This document shows positions 1 through 11,246 of a stretch of 64,000 nt of DNA, piece by piece. Under the pieces are notes generated by a model. That model made no database searches. It was not told where the DNA came from and worked only from the letters and a program-made list of their open reading frames with translations. The position numbers were made by a program, and so were the translations under genes. The stretch covers positions 12,134,062 through 12,198,061 of the forward strand of contig NC_090410.1 in assembly GCF_036365525.1 (NCBI RefSeq), written 5' to 3'. Origin of the DNA: Heterodontus francisci. Taxonomy: Eukaryota. Every line of letters begins with the position of its first letter. Positions within the stretch are counted from its first letter, which is position 1.

Positions 1-44
1 TTGGAATGTTTCTCAGACAAAGTGTTACATAAATGTAGGTTTAC

Positions 45-565
45 TAGGGGGTGCCACAGTCTCAGGATATGGGGTCAGCCATTTTAGACTGAGGAGGATA
101 GAAATTTCTTCAAGGGTTTGGAATTTTCTACTCCAGAGGGCGGTGGATGCTCAATTGTTGAGTAATTCAAGAATGAGATCGATAGGATCGTTGGACTCTA
201 AGGGAATCAATGGATATGGGGATTGGGCAGGAAAGTGAAGTTAATGTCAAAGATCAGTCATGAGTTTATTGAATGGTGGAGCAGGCTTGAAGGGGGGACC
301 ATATGGTCTACTCCTGCTCCAATTCTCTATGTTCTTATGAATACAATACTGCAACTGAAGGTCTAACCAGTATTTATTTATTTTTTTTAAGTTTAGCATA
401 ACTACTTTGCTTTTGTACTCTATTGCCTCTATGTAATAAAACCAAGGATCCCATAAGCTTTTTTAAAAACAGCCTTATCAACTTGACCAGCCACCTTCAA
501 AGATTTGTGCTTCTGAACCCCCAGGTCTCTACTCCTACACCCCCTTTAAAATGCTGCCATTTAGT
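45..565. mobile_element. Two degenerate CR1 fragments (+ 3' end ~45-340; - RT piece ~340-565)
   Basis: Similarity to CR1 3' ends elsewhere in the window. Confidence 0.65.
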
Positions 566-1062
566 ACTGTATACCACAGCATGCTTGCCTTCAGTATGAA
601 AATGACCATTAACTACTACTCCCTGCCTCTTATCCAAAGTTGTATCCACCTCCCGACAGCCCCTTTAAATCCATGGTCTTTGCTAACAAGTCATTACATT
701 AAATGCCTTTTAAATCTAATTATGTGACAGACGACAGCACAAGATAGAAGCACATCCATGACCTGCCCTGCAGGAGCAGATGCAAGAACAGCTCTGATCC
801 TAATATAACCATGGCCTCGAACACAATAGAAAACCACAGGGGATGGGAGGAATCTGAAGTCATGGAAACAGCATTTCTCTGCAATGGGTTATGCAGCTGT
901 AAGAATTATACACCGACCGTCATGTCTGCAACCTAGAGTGGAGAGTTGTCCGAGGGGGGGGCGCTGAGGGTTGGAGTTAATTCTGCTTTCAGAACAGGTG
1001 AGGGACAGATGTGCTAGATTTTTTTTAAAAAAGGGATAATAGCAAAATCCTGCAGGTATTGG

Positions 1063-1220
1063 AAAACAGAAAATAATGGAAACCCTCAGTGTGTCAGCCA
1101 ACATCTGTGGAAAGAACGGACAAGTTTGCTTTTCAGGTGTGGAACAGTTTTGAAACGGAGTCCACAGCTGAAACATTAACCTGTCTATACTCTCCACAAA
1201 GGCTGGCTGTGCCAGAGTGC
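1063..1220. repeat. Degenerate inverted-repeat element, possibly Penelope-related
   Basis: AACAGAAAATAATGGAAA...TGTGGAAAGA pairs imperfectly with CTCTCCACA...TTCCAGCATTTTCTG. Confidence 0.5.
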
Positions 1221-1249
1221 ACTTCCAGCATTTTCTGCTGTTGGTTATC

Positions 1250-2495
1250 TCAAAGAAATGTAGAAAATTCTGAAAGGACTTGACAGGGTAGATGCCAAGG
1301 GGCTGTTTCCTCCTGTCTAGAACTAGCGGCTGTTGTCTCAGGATAAAGGATTGACCATTTAGGACTGAGGAGAAATTTCTTCACTCAGGTGGTGTGAGTA
1401 TTTGGAATTCCCTGCCCCAGAGGACATCGGTATATTCAAGAGATCTTTTTTGTGGTATATATCAACGATTTGGACGTAAATGTGGGCATGATCAGATTGT
1501 TTGCAGACGACACAAAGATTGGCTGTGTGGTAGATAGCGAGGATACTGATGGTCTGGTCAGATAGGCAGAAAAGTGGCAAATGGAATTCAACCCGGAGAA
1601 GTGTGAGGTGATGCATTCGGGAGGTCAAACAAGGCAAAGGAATACACGATTAATGGGAAAATACTGGGAGGTGTAGAAGTGAGGGACTTCGGCGTGAGTG
1701 TCCACAGATCCCTGAAGGTAGCAGGACAGGTCAATAAGGTGCTTAAGAAGTCATATGGAATCCTTTCCTTTATTAGCCAAGGTATAGAATGCAAGTGCAG
1801 GGAGGTTATGCTGGAACTGTATAACTCATTAGTTGGGCCACAACTTGAGTACTGTGTGCAGTTCTGGTCACCTCATTACAGAAAGGATGTAATTGCACTA
1901 GAGAGGGTACAGAGGAGATTTACAAGGATGTTGCCGGGACTGGAAAAATGCAGCTATGAGGAAAGACTGGATAGGCTGGGGTTGTTCTCCTTGGAACAGT
2001 GAAGGCTGAGGGGAGATCTGATTGAAATGTACAAGATTATGAGGGGCCTGGATAAAGTGCAGGTGAAGGGTCTATTCACCTTAGTAGAGAGGTCAGTGAC
2101 TAGGAGGCATAGATTTAAAGTGATTGGTAGAAAAATTAGAGGGGAGATCAGGAAAACTTTTTTTCAACCAGAGGGTGGTGGGGGTCTGGAACTCACTACC
2201 TTAAAGGGTAGTTGAGGCAGAAACCCTCAACTCATTCAAAAGGAGTCTGGATATGCACCTCTAGTGTGTAATCTGCAGGGCCATGGACCAAATGCTGGAA
2301 GGTGGGATCGTTTTTCAGCCGACGCAGACACGATGGGCCAAGTGGCCTTTCTGTGCTGTAAACTTTCCATGATTCTCTGATCAAATAGATTTTTGGACAC
2401 TAAGGGAATCAAGGGATAGGGTGGGAAAGTGTAGTTGAGGTAGAAGATCTGCCATGATCTTATTGAACAGGCTCTGATGTCATGTGGTGTATTCC
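1250..2495 (+). mobile_element. CR1 3' fragments (younger RT C-terminal piece ~1446-2380 inside an older 3' end)
   Basis: FADDTK and PQLEYCVQFWSPHYRKDVIALERVQRRFTRMLPG motifs. Confidence 0.9.
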
Positions 2496-2762
2496 TAATG
2501 TTATACTGGTAAAGGTTTGTCCCCCATTCTAGTGAACATACAGGCTACAGGCTGCTTGTTGCAATCCCAACAGTTGCAACTGAGTGCTGTCACTCAACAT
2601 CTACTGTCCGACCTCAAATGGGTAAACTGGTAAATATGGCACCCAGTCTCCTTCAGGATCCTAATCCAATGGTTAAACAAGGTTATTGCAAAATTCTACA
2701 GAAAGAAAGGGGCTATAATGAGCTTTCCAAATCTTTGCTGAATCCCCTGTGCTTCCCATTAC

Positions 2763-2958
2763 CTGAAAATCCAGAATCTTTCTCCGACTCTCCAAGCAAC
2801 ACCCGTTGGTTCTTCCCAACACTTCCCATAGGATTTCTTTTCTCGGCTTGTCCATACCGACCATCTGGCAAATTCTCCAATTTGACCGACACCCTGCTCA
2901 TCCCCTCCTTCAGACCTTTGCTGGAGCCTTTGGCCATGGGCAATTTATCCAGAGACAT
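2763..2958 (-). CDS. CIPC-like (CLOCK-interacting pacemaker family) first coding exon; gene continues beyond the left edge
   Basis: MSLDKLPMAK...LLGESEKDSGFS(D) ends at donor CAG|GTAATG in phase 1; human CIPC has AESDKDSGFSD at the end of its short N-terminal region; tandem acceptors would start the exon at 2964 or 2971. Confidence 0.7.
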
Positions 2959-3139
2959 GTTTCACTGAAGGCTGAAGTATTCAGAATGAAAAGGATTATT
3001 ATTCATTGCATTTGGAATTGGAATGCAAACGACAGCATTTCTAATACATCGAGGCAACGCAATTTAAATCTGCTCATTCGGTCCCTCCATGTATCCTTAG
3101 ACGGACCTGGCATTGTTCTTTTCTTCCCCCTTTCCATCT

Positions 3140-3845
3140 TTTTCGATAAGGATATAAAGGCACTGGAGAAGAGGCAATGAGGTTTACAAGGGCAATGCCA
3201 GAACTGAGAGGTTATAGTCATCAGAAAAGGCTGGGCCTCTAGAAAAGAGAAGGCCGAGAGGTGACCTAATAAAACTTACAAACAGGTTTGTTATGATAGG
3301 TGTAGAGACAATGTTTCCAATTGTGGGGGAGTCCAAAACTAAGGGTCATAAATATAAAAGATATTCACTAATGAGTCCAACAGGGAATTCAAGAGAAATT
3401 TCTTTACCGGAGAACTGTTACACTGTTCACTGCCTGAAGGGGTGGTACAGGCAGAAATCCTCACAGCATTTAAGAAGTATTTCGATGAGCATTTGAAACG
3501 CCATAGCATACAAGGCTACGGGCCAAGTCTGGGAAAATGGGATTAGAATGGATGGGTACTTGATGGTCGACACGTTGGGCCGAAGGGCCTGTTTCTGTGC
3601 TGTATAACTCTATGACTCTCTCTACCTATGACAATTTGGAACATCTCACCACATGGAATAGTTGAGGCAAGTAGCTTGAAGCATTTAAGGGAAAACTAGA
3701 TACGTACAGGAGGGAGAAAGGAACAGAAGGTTATGCTGATAGGGTTAGATGATGGAAGACGGGAGGAAGCTTGCGTGAAGCTTAAACACCGGCATGAACC
3801 AGTTGGGCCAAATGGCCTCTTTCTGTGTTGTACATTCTATGTAAT
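3140..3845 (+). mobile_element. Nested degenerate CR1 3' fragments
   Basis: MFPIVGESKTKGH-like segment and GGGCCGAAGGGCCTGTTTC 3' end. Confidence 0.75.
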
Positions 3846-4714
3846 TATTTGGTCTCCTCGAGCGAGCATGCAGATTAGCGATTTATTCACCGTCCCTGCC
3901 CAGCACTGGTCTACTAGAAAGTGACAAGAGCTCTCCAAAGTGACTGGACGAGGGCCAGCTTTCCACAAACAGCACAACTGGCCAGATGCAGAATGCAATC
4001 TACGGTGAGCATGCTCAAGCAAACCAGTTGGGATTTTATTTTGAAAAAAAAAATAAAGACACTCAAATGGGAAAGATCATAAATTAACTGCATAATTTTT
4101 CACCGGGCATCCGAGTTTCTGTTTCTTCTTGAAATTATAACCGGTAAAGAAGCCTGCATAACACAGGCGAAGCAACATTTAGGCAGTCACCAGCCTCTGC
4201 ATAGAAGCAGCCATTGTGGTTTAATCTGCAATCCACTCAGAGAGCACAGAGAGACTGAATGAAATGTAAAATCTAAATTTAATTTAAAGGGAATCAGAAC
4301 AAAGTGATTTTTAAAAATGCAACCTACAGACAATTTAAATAACAGGCCCCCTGCTATAGCAGTTTCTTCTGCTCAAGGCCCTGCAGGGGGTACATGCTGG
4401 TATTTTTAACCACTCGGTCCCTGCTTTCTCTCAGTAATGGATCAGGGACAAATACAATCCTGGTCTTGAATATTGGTTTCCAATTCTGCATAGAGTTCCT
4501 CCTCTTCCCCCATCCAGACCTGCCGAAGCAGCACAAACTGAACTATGTCCTCCCCGATAAACAGTTCATTAAATTTTTTCTTTAAATAAACTAATCCCAT
4601 ATCGAGTACAGATGCAACATCACCAACAGCCCCCTCCCCAGAACACTTGGCAATTCAGTCCATGTTTACTGGAAACTGCCCACTTACTTAACTCAATTCC
4701 TTATCTCCCACTCC

Positions 4715-7700
4715 ACCCCACATTAACCACGCCAGACCCCCAGCCTTTGCCCACTCCCCCCCACATTAAACCCACCAGCATTAATCCCCCCCAGCTTTTG
4801 CTCCCTCCGTTAACCACTCCAAGCCTTGCCCCCCTCCATTAACGTCACCCACCGCCCCCCCCCCACCCCCAGCAACCCACCCCAGCCTTGGCTGCACCCC
4901 ACCCATTAACCCCCGAGCCTTTGCCCCCCCCCCCCCACCCGCACATTAACACCCCCCCCAGCCTTGGGGCCCCCCTCTCCAAATTAATCCCCCCCCCACA
5001 TTAACCCCGCAGCCTTGCCCCCACTGCACATTTACCCCTCCAAGCCATATCCCCGCACCCCCAGCCTTGTCCCCCATCCACATTAACCATCGCCCCCACC
5101 CTGCACATTAACCTCCCCCCACCCCCCAGCCTTGGACTCCCTCCAGATTAACCACCCCCCAGCCTTGGCCCTCCTCCACATTAAGCAGCCCCCAAGCCTT
5201 GCCCCACCCCTGCACATTAACCCTCCCACAAGCCTTGCCTCCCTGCACATTGGCCCCCCCTCCACATTAAAACCCCCCCAACACAATAACCCCCCTCAGC
5301 CTTGGCCCCCCTGCACATTAACCCCTCCAAGCCTTGCCCCCCCCGCACATTAATCCCCACCCAGCCTTAGCCCCCCTCCCCATTAACCCCTACCCTCCAA
5401 GCCTTGCCACCCCGCCACATTAACCCCCCCCAAGATTTGCACCCCCTCACATTAACCCACCAGCCTTGCACCTGCACATTAACCCCACCCCCCCAACCTT
5501 AGCCCCCCCTCTACATTAATCCCCCATCCAGCCTTGGCCCACCCTCCACATTAAACCCACCCCCCTCCAGCCTTGGCCCCCCTCCACATTAAACCCACAC
5601 CCCCTCCAGCCTTGGCCCCTCTCCACATTAACCCCCCCAAGCCTTGCACCCCTGCACATTAACCCCTCCCCCCCCTCCAGCCTTGCCCCCTTGTACATTA
5701 ACCCCCCCCAGCCTTGGCCCCCCTCCACATTAAACCCAGCCCCCCCAGCCTTGGCCCCCCCCTCCACATTAAACCCCCCACCAGCCTTCGCCCCCCCTCC
5801 ACATTAAACCCCCCACCAGCCTTCGCCCCCCCTCCACACTAACTCCCCCGCCTGCACCCCCGCACATTACCCCCCGCCCCAAGCCTTGCCCCCTTGTACA
5901 TTAAACCCACCCAAGCCTTGTCCCCCTCCACATTAATTCCCCCCCACCCCCCAAGCCTTGGCCCCCCTCCACATTAATTCCCCCCCCCTCCACATTAATT
6001 TCCCCCCCAAAGCTTTGGCCCCCCCGAGCCTTGGCCCCCCTCCACATTAACCCCCCACCCCCCCCAGCCTTGCCCCCTTGTACATTAACATCCCCCAAGC
6101 CTTGTCCCCCCCTCCACATTAATACCCCCCCCCAGCCTTGGGCCCCCTCCACATTAATTCCCCCCCACCAAGCCTTGGCCCCTTGTACATTAATCCCCCC
6201 CAAGCCTTGCACCCCTGCACATTAACCGTCCAGCCTTGGACCCCCTCCAGATTAAACAACCCCAGCCTTGGCCCCCCCCCCCACTCCCCTCCACATTAAG
6301 CAGCCCACGAGCCTTGCCTACCTGCACATTGGCCCCCCCCCCCACACACATTAACCCCCCCAGCGTTGCCCCACTGAAAATTAACCCCCCCAGACCTGCC
6401 CCACTGTACATTAAGCCCCCCCAAGCCATGGCCCCCCAAAAGCCTTATCCCCGCTCCACATTAACCCCCCCCCCCTCCAGCCTTGGCTCCCCCGCACATT
6501 AAACTCCCTCCAGCCTTGCCCCCACCTCCACATTAACCCCACCCCCAGCCCTGCCCTCCTCCACATTAACCCCGCCCCCATCCACATTAATCCCCACCCC
6601 CCAGCCTTGGCCCCCCTCCACATAACCCCACCCCCCCTTCCACTACAGGCTTGGCCCCCCTCCACATTAATTCCCACCAGCTGTGGCTCCCCCTCCACAT
6701 TAAACCCCCTCCAGCCTTGGTCCCCCCCTCCACATTAACCCCCCCCCCCACACACACGGCCCCCCTCAAGATTCTCTCCCCCCCCTAGCCGTGGCTCCCC
6801 CTCCACATTAACCCCCCCCGCACATTAAACCCCCTCCAGCCATTGCCCCCCTCCACATTAACCCCCCCAGCCTTGGCACCCCTCCACATTAACCCTACCC
6901 CCCCGCCACAGGCTTGGCCCCCCCTCCCCCCTCCAGCCATGGCTTCCCCCCCCACATTAACAACCCCCCCACATTAAACCCCCTCCAGCCTTGGCCCCCT
7001 CCTCCACATTAACCCCCCTCCCTATTCAGCCTTGCCCCCCCTCCCCATTAACCCCCCCACCCAGCCTTAACCCCCCCCTATTCAGCCTTGCCCCCCTCCC
7101 CATTAACCCCCCCCCTCAGCCTTGCCCCCCCTCCCACTCAGCCGTGCCCCCCATCCCCATTAACCCCCCCCACTCAGCCTTGCCCCCCCCTCCCCTCCAC
7201 ATTAACCCCCCCACCCAGCCTTGCCCCCCCTCCCCTCCACATTAACCCCCCCACCCTGCCTTGCCCCCCACTCCACAATAACACCCCCACCCAGCCTTGC
7301 CCCCCCCTTCCACATTAAGCCCGCCCACCCAGCCTTGCCCCCCACTTCCACATTAACCTCCCCACCCAGCCTTGCCCCCTCCCTTCCACATTAACCCCCC
7401 CACCCAGCCTTGCCGCCCCTTCCACATTAACCCCCCCACCCAGCCTTGCCGCCCCTTCCACATTAACCCCCCCACCCAGCCTTGCCGCCCCTTCCACATT
7501 AACCCCCCCACCCAGCCTTGCCGCCCCTTCCACATTAACCCCCCCCACCCATGCCCCCCCTTCCACATTAACCCCCCCCACCCAGCCTTGCCCCCCCTTC
7601 CACATTAACCCCCCCCACCCAGCCTTACCCCCTCCCTTCCACATTAACCCCCCCTTCCACATTAACCCCCCCCCTTCCACATTAACCACCCCCACCCAGT

Positions 7701-9692
7701 CTTACCCCCCTTCCACATTAACCCCCCCACCCAGCCTTGCCCCCCATTCCACATTAACCCCCCCACCCAGCCTTGCCCCCCATTCCACATTAACCCCCCC
7801 ACCCAGCCTTGCCCCCCCTTCCACAGTAACCCCCACCCAGCCTTGCCCCCCTTCCACATTAACCCCCCCAAGCCAGCCTTGCCCCCCTTCCACATTAACC
7901 CCCCCAAGCCAGCCTTGCCCCCCTTCCACATGAACCCCCCCCAAGCCAGCCTTGCCCCCCCTTCCACATTAACCCCCCCCAAGCCAGCCTTGCCCCCCCT
8001 TCCACATTAACCCCCCTCAAGCCAGCCTTGCCCCCCCTTCCACATTAACCCCCCCCACCCAGCCTTGCCCCCCCTCCACATTAACCCCCCCACCCAGCCT
8101 TGCCCCCTCCCTTCCACATTAACCCCCCCACCCAGCCTTGCCCCCTCCCTTCCACATTAACCCCCCCACCCAGCCTTGCCCCCTCCCTTCCACATTAACC
8201 CCCCCACCCAGCCTTACCCCCCCTTCCACATTAACCCCCCCCACCCAGCCTTACCCCCACTTCCACATTAACCCCCCCACCCAGCCTTGCCCCCTCCCTT
8301 CCACATTAACCCACCCCCACCCAGCCTTGCCCCCTCCCTTCCACATTAACCCCCCCCACCCAGCCTTACCCCCCCTTCCACATTAACCCCCCCCCACCCA
8401 GCCTTACCCCCCCTTCCACATTAACCCCCTCCACCCAGCCTTACCCCCCCCTTCCACATTAACCCCCTCCACCCAGCCTTACCCCCACTTCCACATTAAC
8501 CCCCTCCACCCAGCCTTACCCCCCCCTTCCACATTAACCCCCCCCACCCAGCCTTACCCCCCCTTCCACATTAACCCCCCCACCCAGCCTTACCCCCCCT
8601 TCCACATTAACCCCCCCACCCAGCCTTACCCCCCCTTCCACATTAACCCCCCCCACCCAGCCTTACCCCCCCCCACTTCCACATTAACCCTCCCTCCCAC
8701 CCACCCAGCCTTGCCCCCCCCACTTCCACATTAACCCTCCCTCCCACCCAGCCTTGCCCCCCCCCACTTCCACATTAACCCTCCCTCCCACCCAGCCTTG
8801 CCCCCCCCCACTTCCACATTAACCCTCCCTTCCACCCAGCCTTGCCCCCCCTTCCACATTAACCACCCCCACCCAGTCTTACCCCCCTTCCACATTAACC
8901 CCCCCACCCAGCCTTGCCCCCTCCCTTCCACATTAACCCCCCCACCCAGCCTTGCCCCCTCCCTTCCACATTAACCTCCCCACCCAGCCTTACCCCCCCT
9001 TCCACATTAACCCCCCCACCCAGCCTTGCCCCCTCCCTTCCACATTAACCCCCCCACCCAGCCTTGCCCCCTCCCTTCCACATTAACCCCCCCCACCCAG
9101 CCTTACCCCCCCTTCCACATTAACCACCCCCACCCAGCCTTACCCCCTCCCTTCCACATTAACCCCCCCCACCCAGCCTTACCCCCCTTCCACATTAACC
9201 ACCCCCACCCAGCCTTACCCCCCCTTCCACATTAACCCCCTCCACCCAGCCTTACCCCCCTACCCAGCCTTACCCCCCTTCCACATTAACCCCCCCCACC
9301 CAGCCTTACCCCCCTTCCACATTAACCCCCCCACCCAGCCTTACCCCCCCTTCCACATTAACCCCCCCCACCCAGCCTTACCCCCCCTTCCACATTAACC
9401 CCCCCACCCAGCCTTACCCCCCCTTCCACATTAACCCCCCCCACCCAGCCTTACCCCCCCTTCCACATTAACCCCCCCCACCCAGCCTTACCCCCCCTTC
9501 CACATTAACCCCCCCACCCAGCCTTACCCCCCCTTCCACATTAACCCCCCCCACCCAGCCTTGCCCCCTCCCTTCCACATTAACCCCCCCACCCAGCCTT
9601 GCCCCCTCCCTTCCACATTAACCCCCCCACCCAGCCTTGGCCCCACCCCGCACATTAAACACTAAACCTTGACCCATTAACCGCCCCCAGCC
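4715..9692. repeat. ~5 kb C-rich minisatellite, unit ~36-38 bp (CCACATTAACCCCCCCACCCAGCCTT(G/A)CCCCCCCTT)
   Basis: Directly visible tandem array, degenerate on the left and homogeneous on the right. Confidence 0.97.
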
Positions 9693-10100
9693 TTTGTCCC
9701 CACTATCCTCGCCATCTGTCAGCGACCGTCGACCGGAGCCGCGAGGCCCAACCCGACCTCAGGCCTTCTCTCCCTCGAACGGCGGTAACACTTCGTTTTT
9801 GTCCCAGATCCCAATAGTAAATCCTGCCCACTCCGGCCACCTACCTCCCGCTGCCGCTCGCTCTATCCTTCGCCTTTCATCCAAACCTGCTGCAAACACC
9901 TCACCCCGCCTCCCTCCGATTGACAACCGCTCGGACCAATGGGAAGCCGGTGCCTTCAGCGTTCCCACCAATGGCAGAGGCGCTGCCCCCCCGCAGCAAG
10001 TGCTTGGCTCTCGTGCTCTGCCTCGTGAGGGCGGTGCGATTGATTGACAGTTTCCATGGCGATAGGACGCACGCGCCCCTCCTCGGGCTCTGCAACGTGA
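9690..10100 (-). promoter_or_regulatory. CpG-rich promoter and probable non-coding first exon (donor GAG|GTAGGT after 9845) of the CIPC-like gene
   Basis: High CpG density; CCAAT at 9936 and 9968; TGATTGACAG at 10041-10050; X-box-like GTTTCCATGGCGAT at 10050-10063; GC boxes. Confidence 0.6.
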
Positions 10101-10895
10101 CCAGGCTGCAAATACAAACAGCAGCAGGGAATGCTGCTTGCAGCCCTAAAGCAGGGGCAGGGAATTGTGCAAAGCTGGACACAGGATATAATGTACACTG
10201 TGTAACACAGGGGCAGAGAAATAATGCAAACTGTGTAACCCAGGGCCAGAGGAATAATGTTAACTGTAACCCAGGGACAGGGCTTAGAGCAAACATGCGA
10301 ATCCGGAGATAGGAGACAGTGCAAACCACAAATTATGACGTGAGCAATAGTGCAAATACTACAATTCGTGGTAAAGCAAAGTGACAACTGGACCTGGGAG
10401 GCAAAGCAAGTCGGAAAGGAAGAATTAACTATAACCGTCACAATGGGTAACAACTGAGCAGGCAGCAGGATGGAAACGTGATGTTTAAGGTGATGACTGT
10501 CGTGTTGGGAGAGTTGCCGTTTAGTACAGCTGCAAGCCAGGATACCGCAGCTCTCAAAGCTTATGGACCTGCTTTAATATTTATGCCTTTCCTTCATCTC
10601 CTTAACCAACTGGGAACAGAATAAAGCTTGATAAGATGCAATCAAATACTGTTGGATATCAAAGGTTATCACTCTGTGCCAGTTATCAGAGAACCACAGG
10701 GCAGAATTCCAGTTCCAGGGAATGTATGTTAAACTATCAATGTGCACAAAGACACAACAGATATAAAACTAATTGTAATTATACAACAGTTATAAGCCAT
10801 CAGTACATTCTAGAGATGTTTTGAAATCCAATTCCTTTTCGGGTTTAAACAATGATTCTCAAAATCTTAAAATTAGCTTGTTTTATTCATTTATT

Positions 10896-11246
10896 TTTTA
10901 TTTATTTAGAGATACAGCACTGACACAGGCCCTTCGGCCCACCGAGTCTGTGCCGACCATCAACCACACATTTATACTAATCCTACACGAATCCCATATT
11001 CCTACCACATCCTCACCTGTCCCTATGTTCCCCTACCACCTACCTATACTAGGGGCAATTTATAATGGCCAATTTACCTACCAACCTGCAAGTCTTTGGC
11101 TGTAGAAGGAAACCGTAGCACCCGGAGGAAACCCACACAGTCACAGGGAGAACTTGCAAACTCCACACAGGCAGTACCCAGAATTGAACCCGGATCCCTG
11201 GAGCTGTGAGGCTGCGGTGCTAACCACTGCGCCACTGTACCGCCCC
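10896..11246 (-). mobile_element. HE1/V-SINE-like tRNA-derived SINE
   Basis: GGGCGGTACAGTGGCGCAGTGGTTAGCACC...GGGTTCAATTC head, GTGTGGAGTTTGCAAGTTCTCC V-domain-like core, CR1-type tail and (TAAA)n. Confidence 0.85.

Noticed and set aside
24-32. D-box TTATGTAAC in the CIPC-like intron
   Set aside because: Single short motif at the window edge next to a repeat; no context to support function.
4354-4536. Possible extra CIPC-like exon (GGCAG acceptor near 4519, short ORFs)
   Set aside because: No convincing donor or homology; could be a UTR exon but is unsupported without transcripts.
5083-9235. Many Pro-rich or Gly/Trp-rich ORFs
   Set aside because: Translations of the C-rich minisatellite; open in several frames with no splice or domain support.
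4715-9692. Interstitial telomeric repeat (TAACCC in each unit)
   Set aside because: Only one hexamer per ~37-bp unit and never tandem (CCCTAA)n.
11180-11246. tRNA-like A/B boxes
   Set aside because: They are SINE heads, not full cloverleaf tRNA genes.
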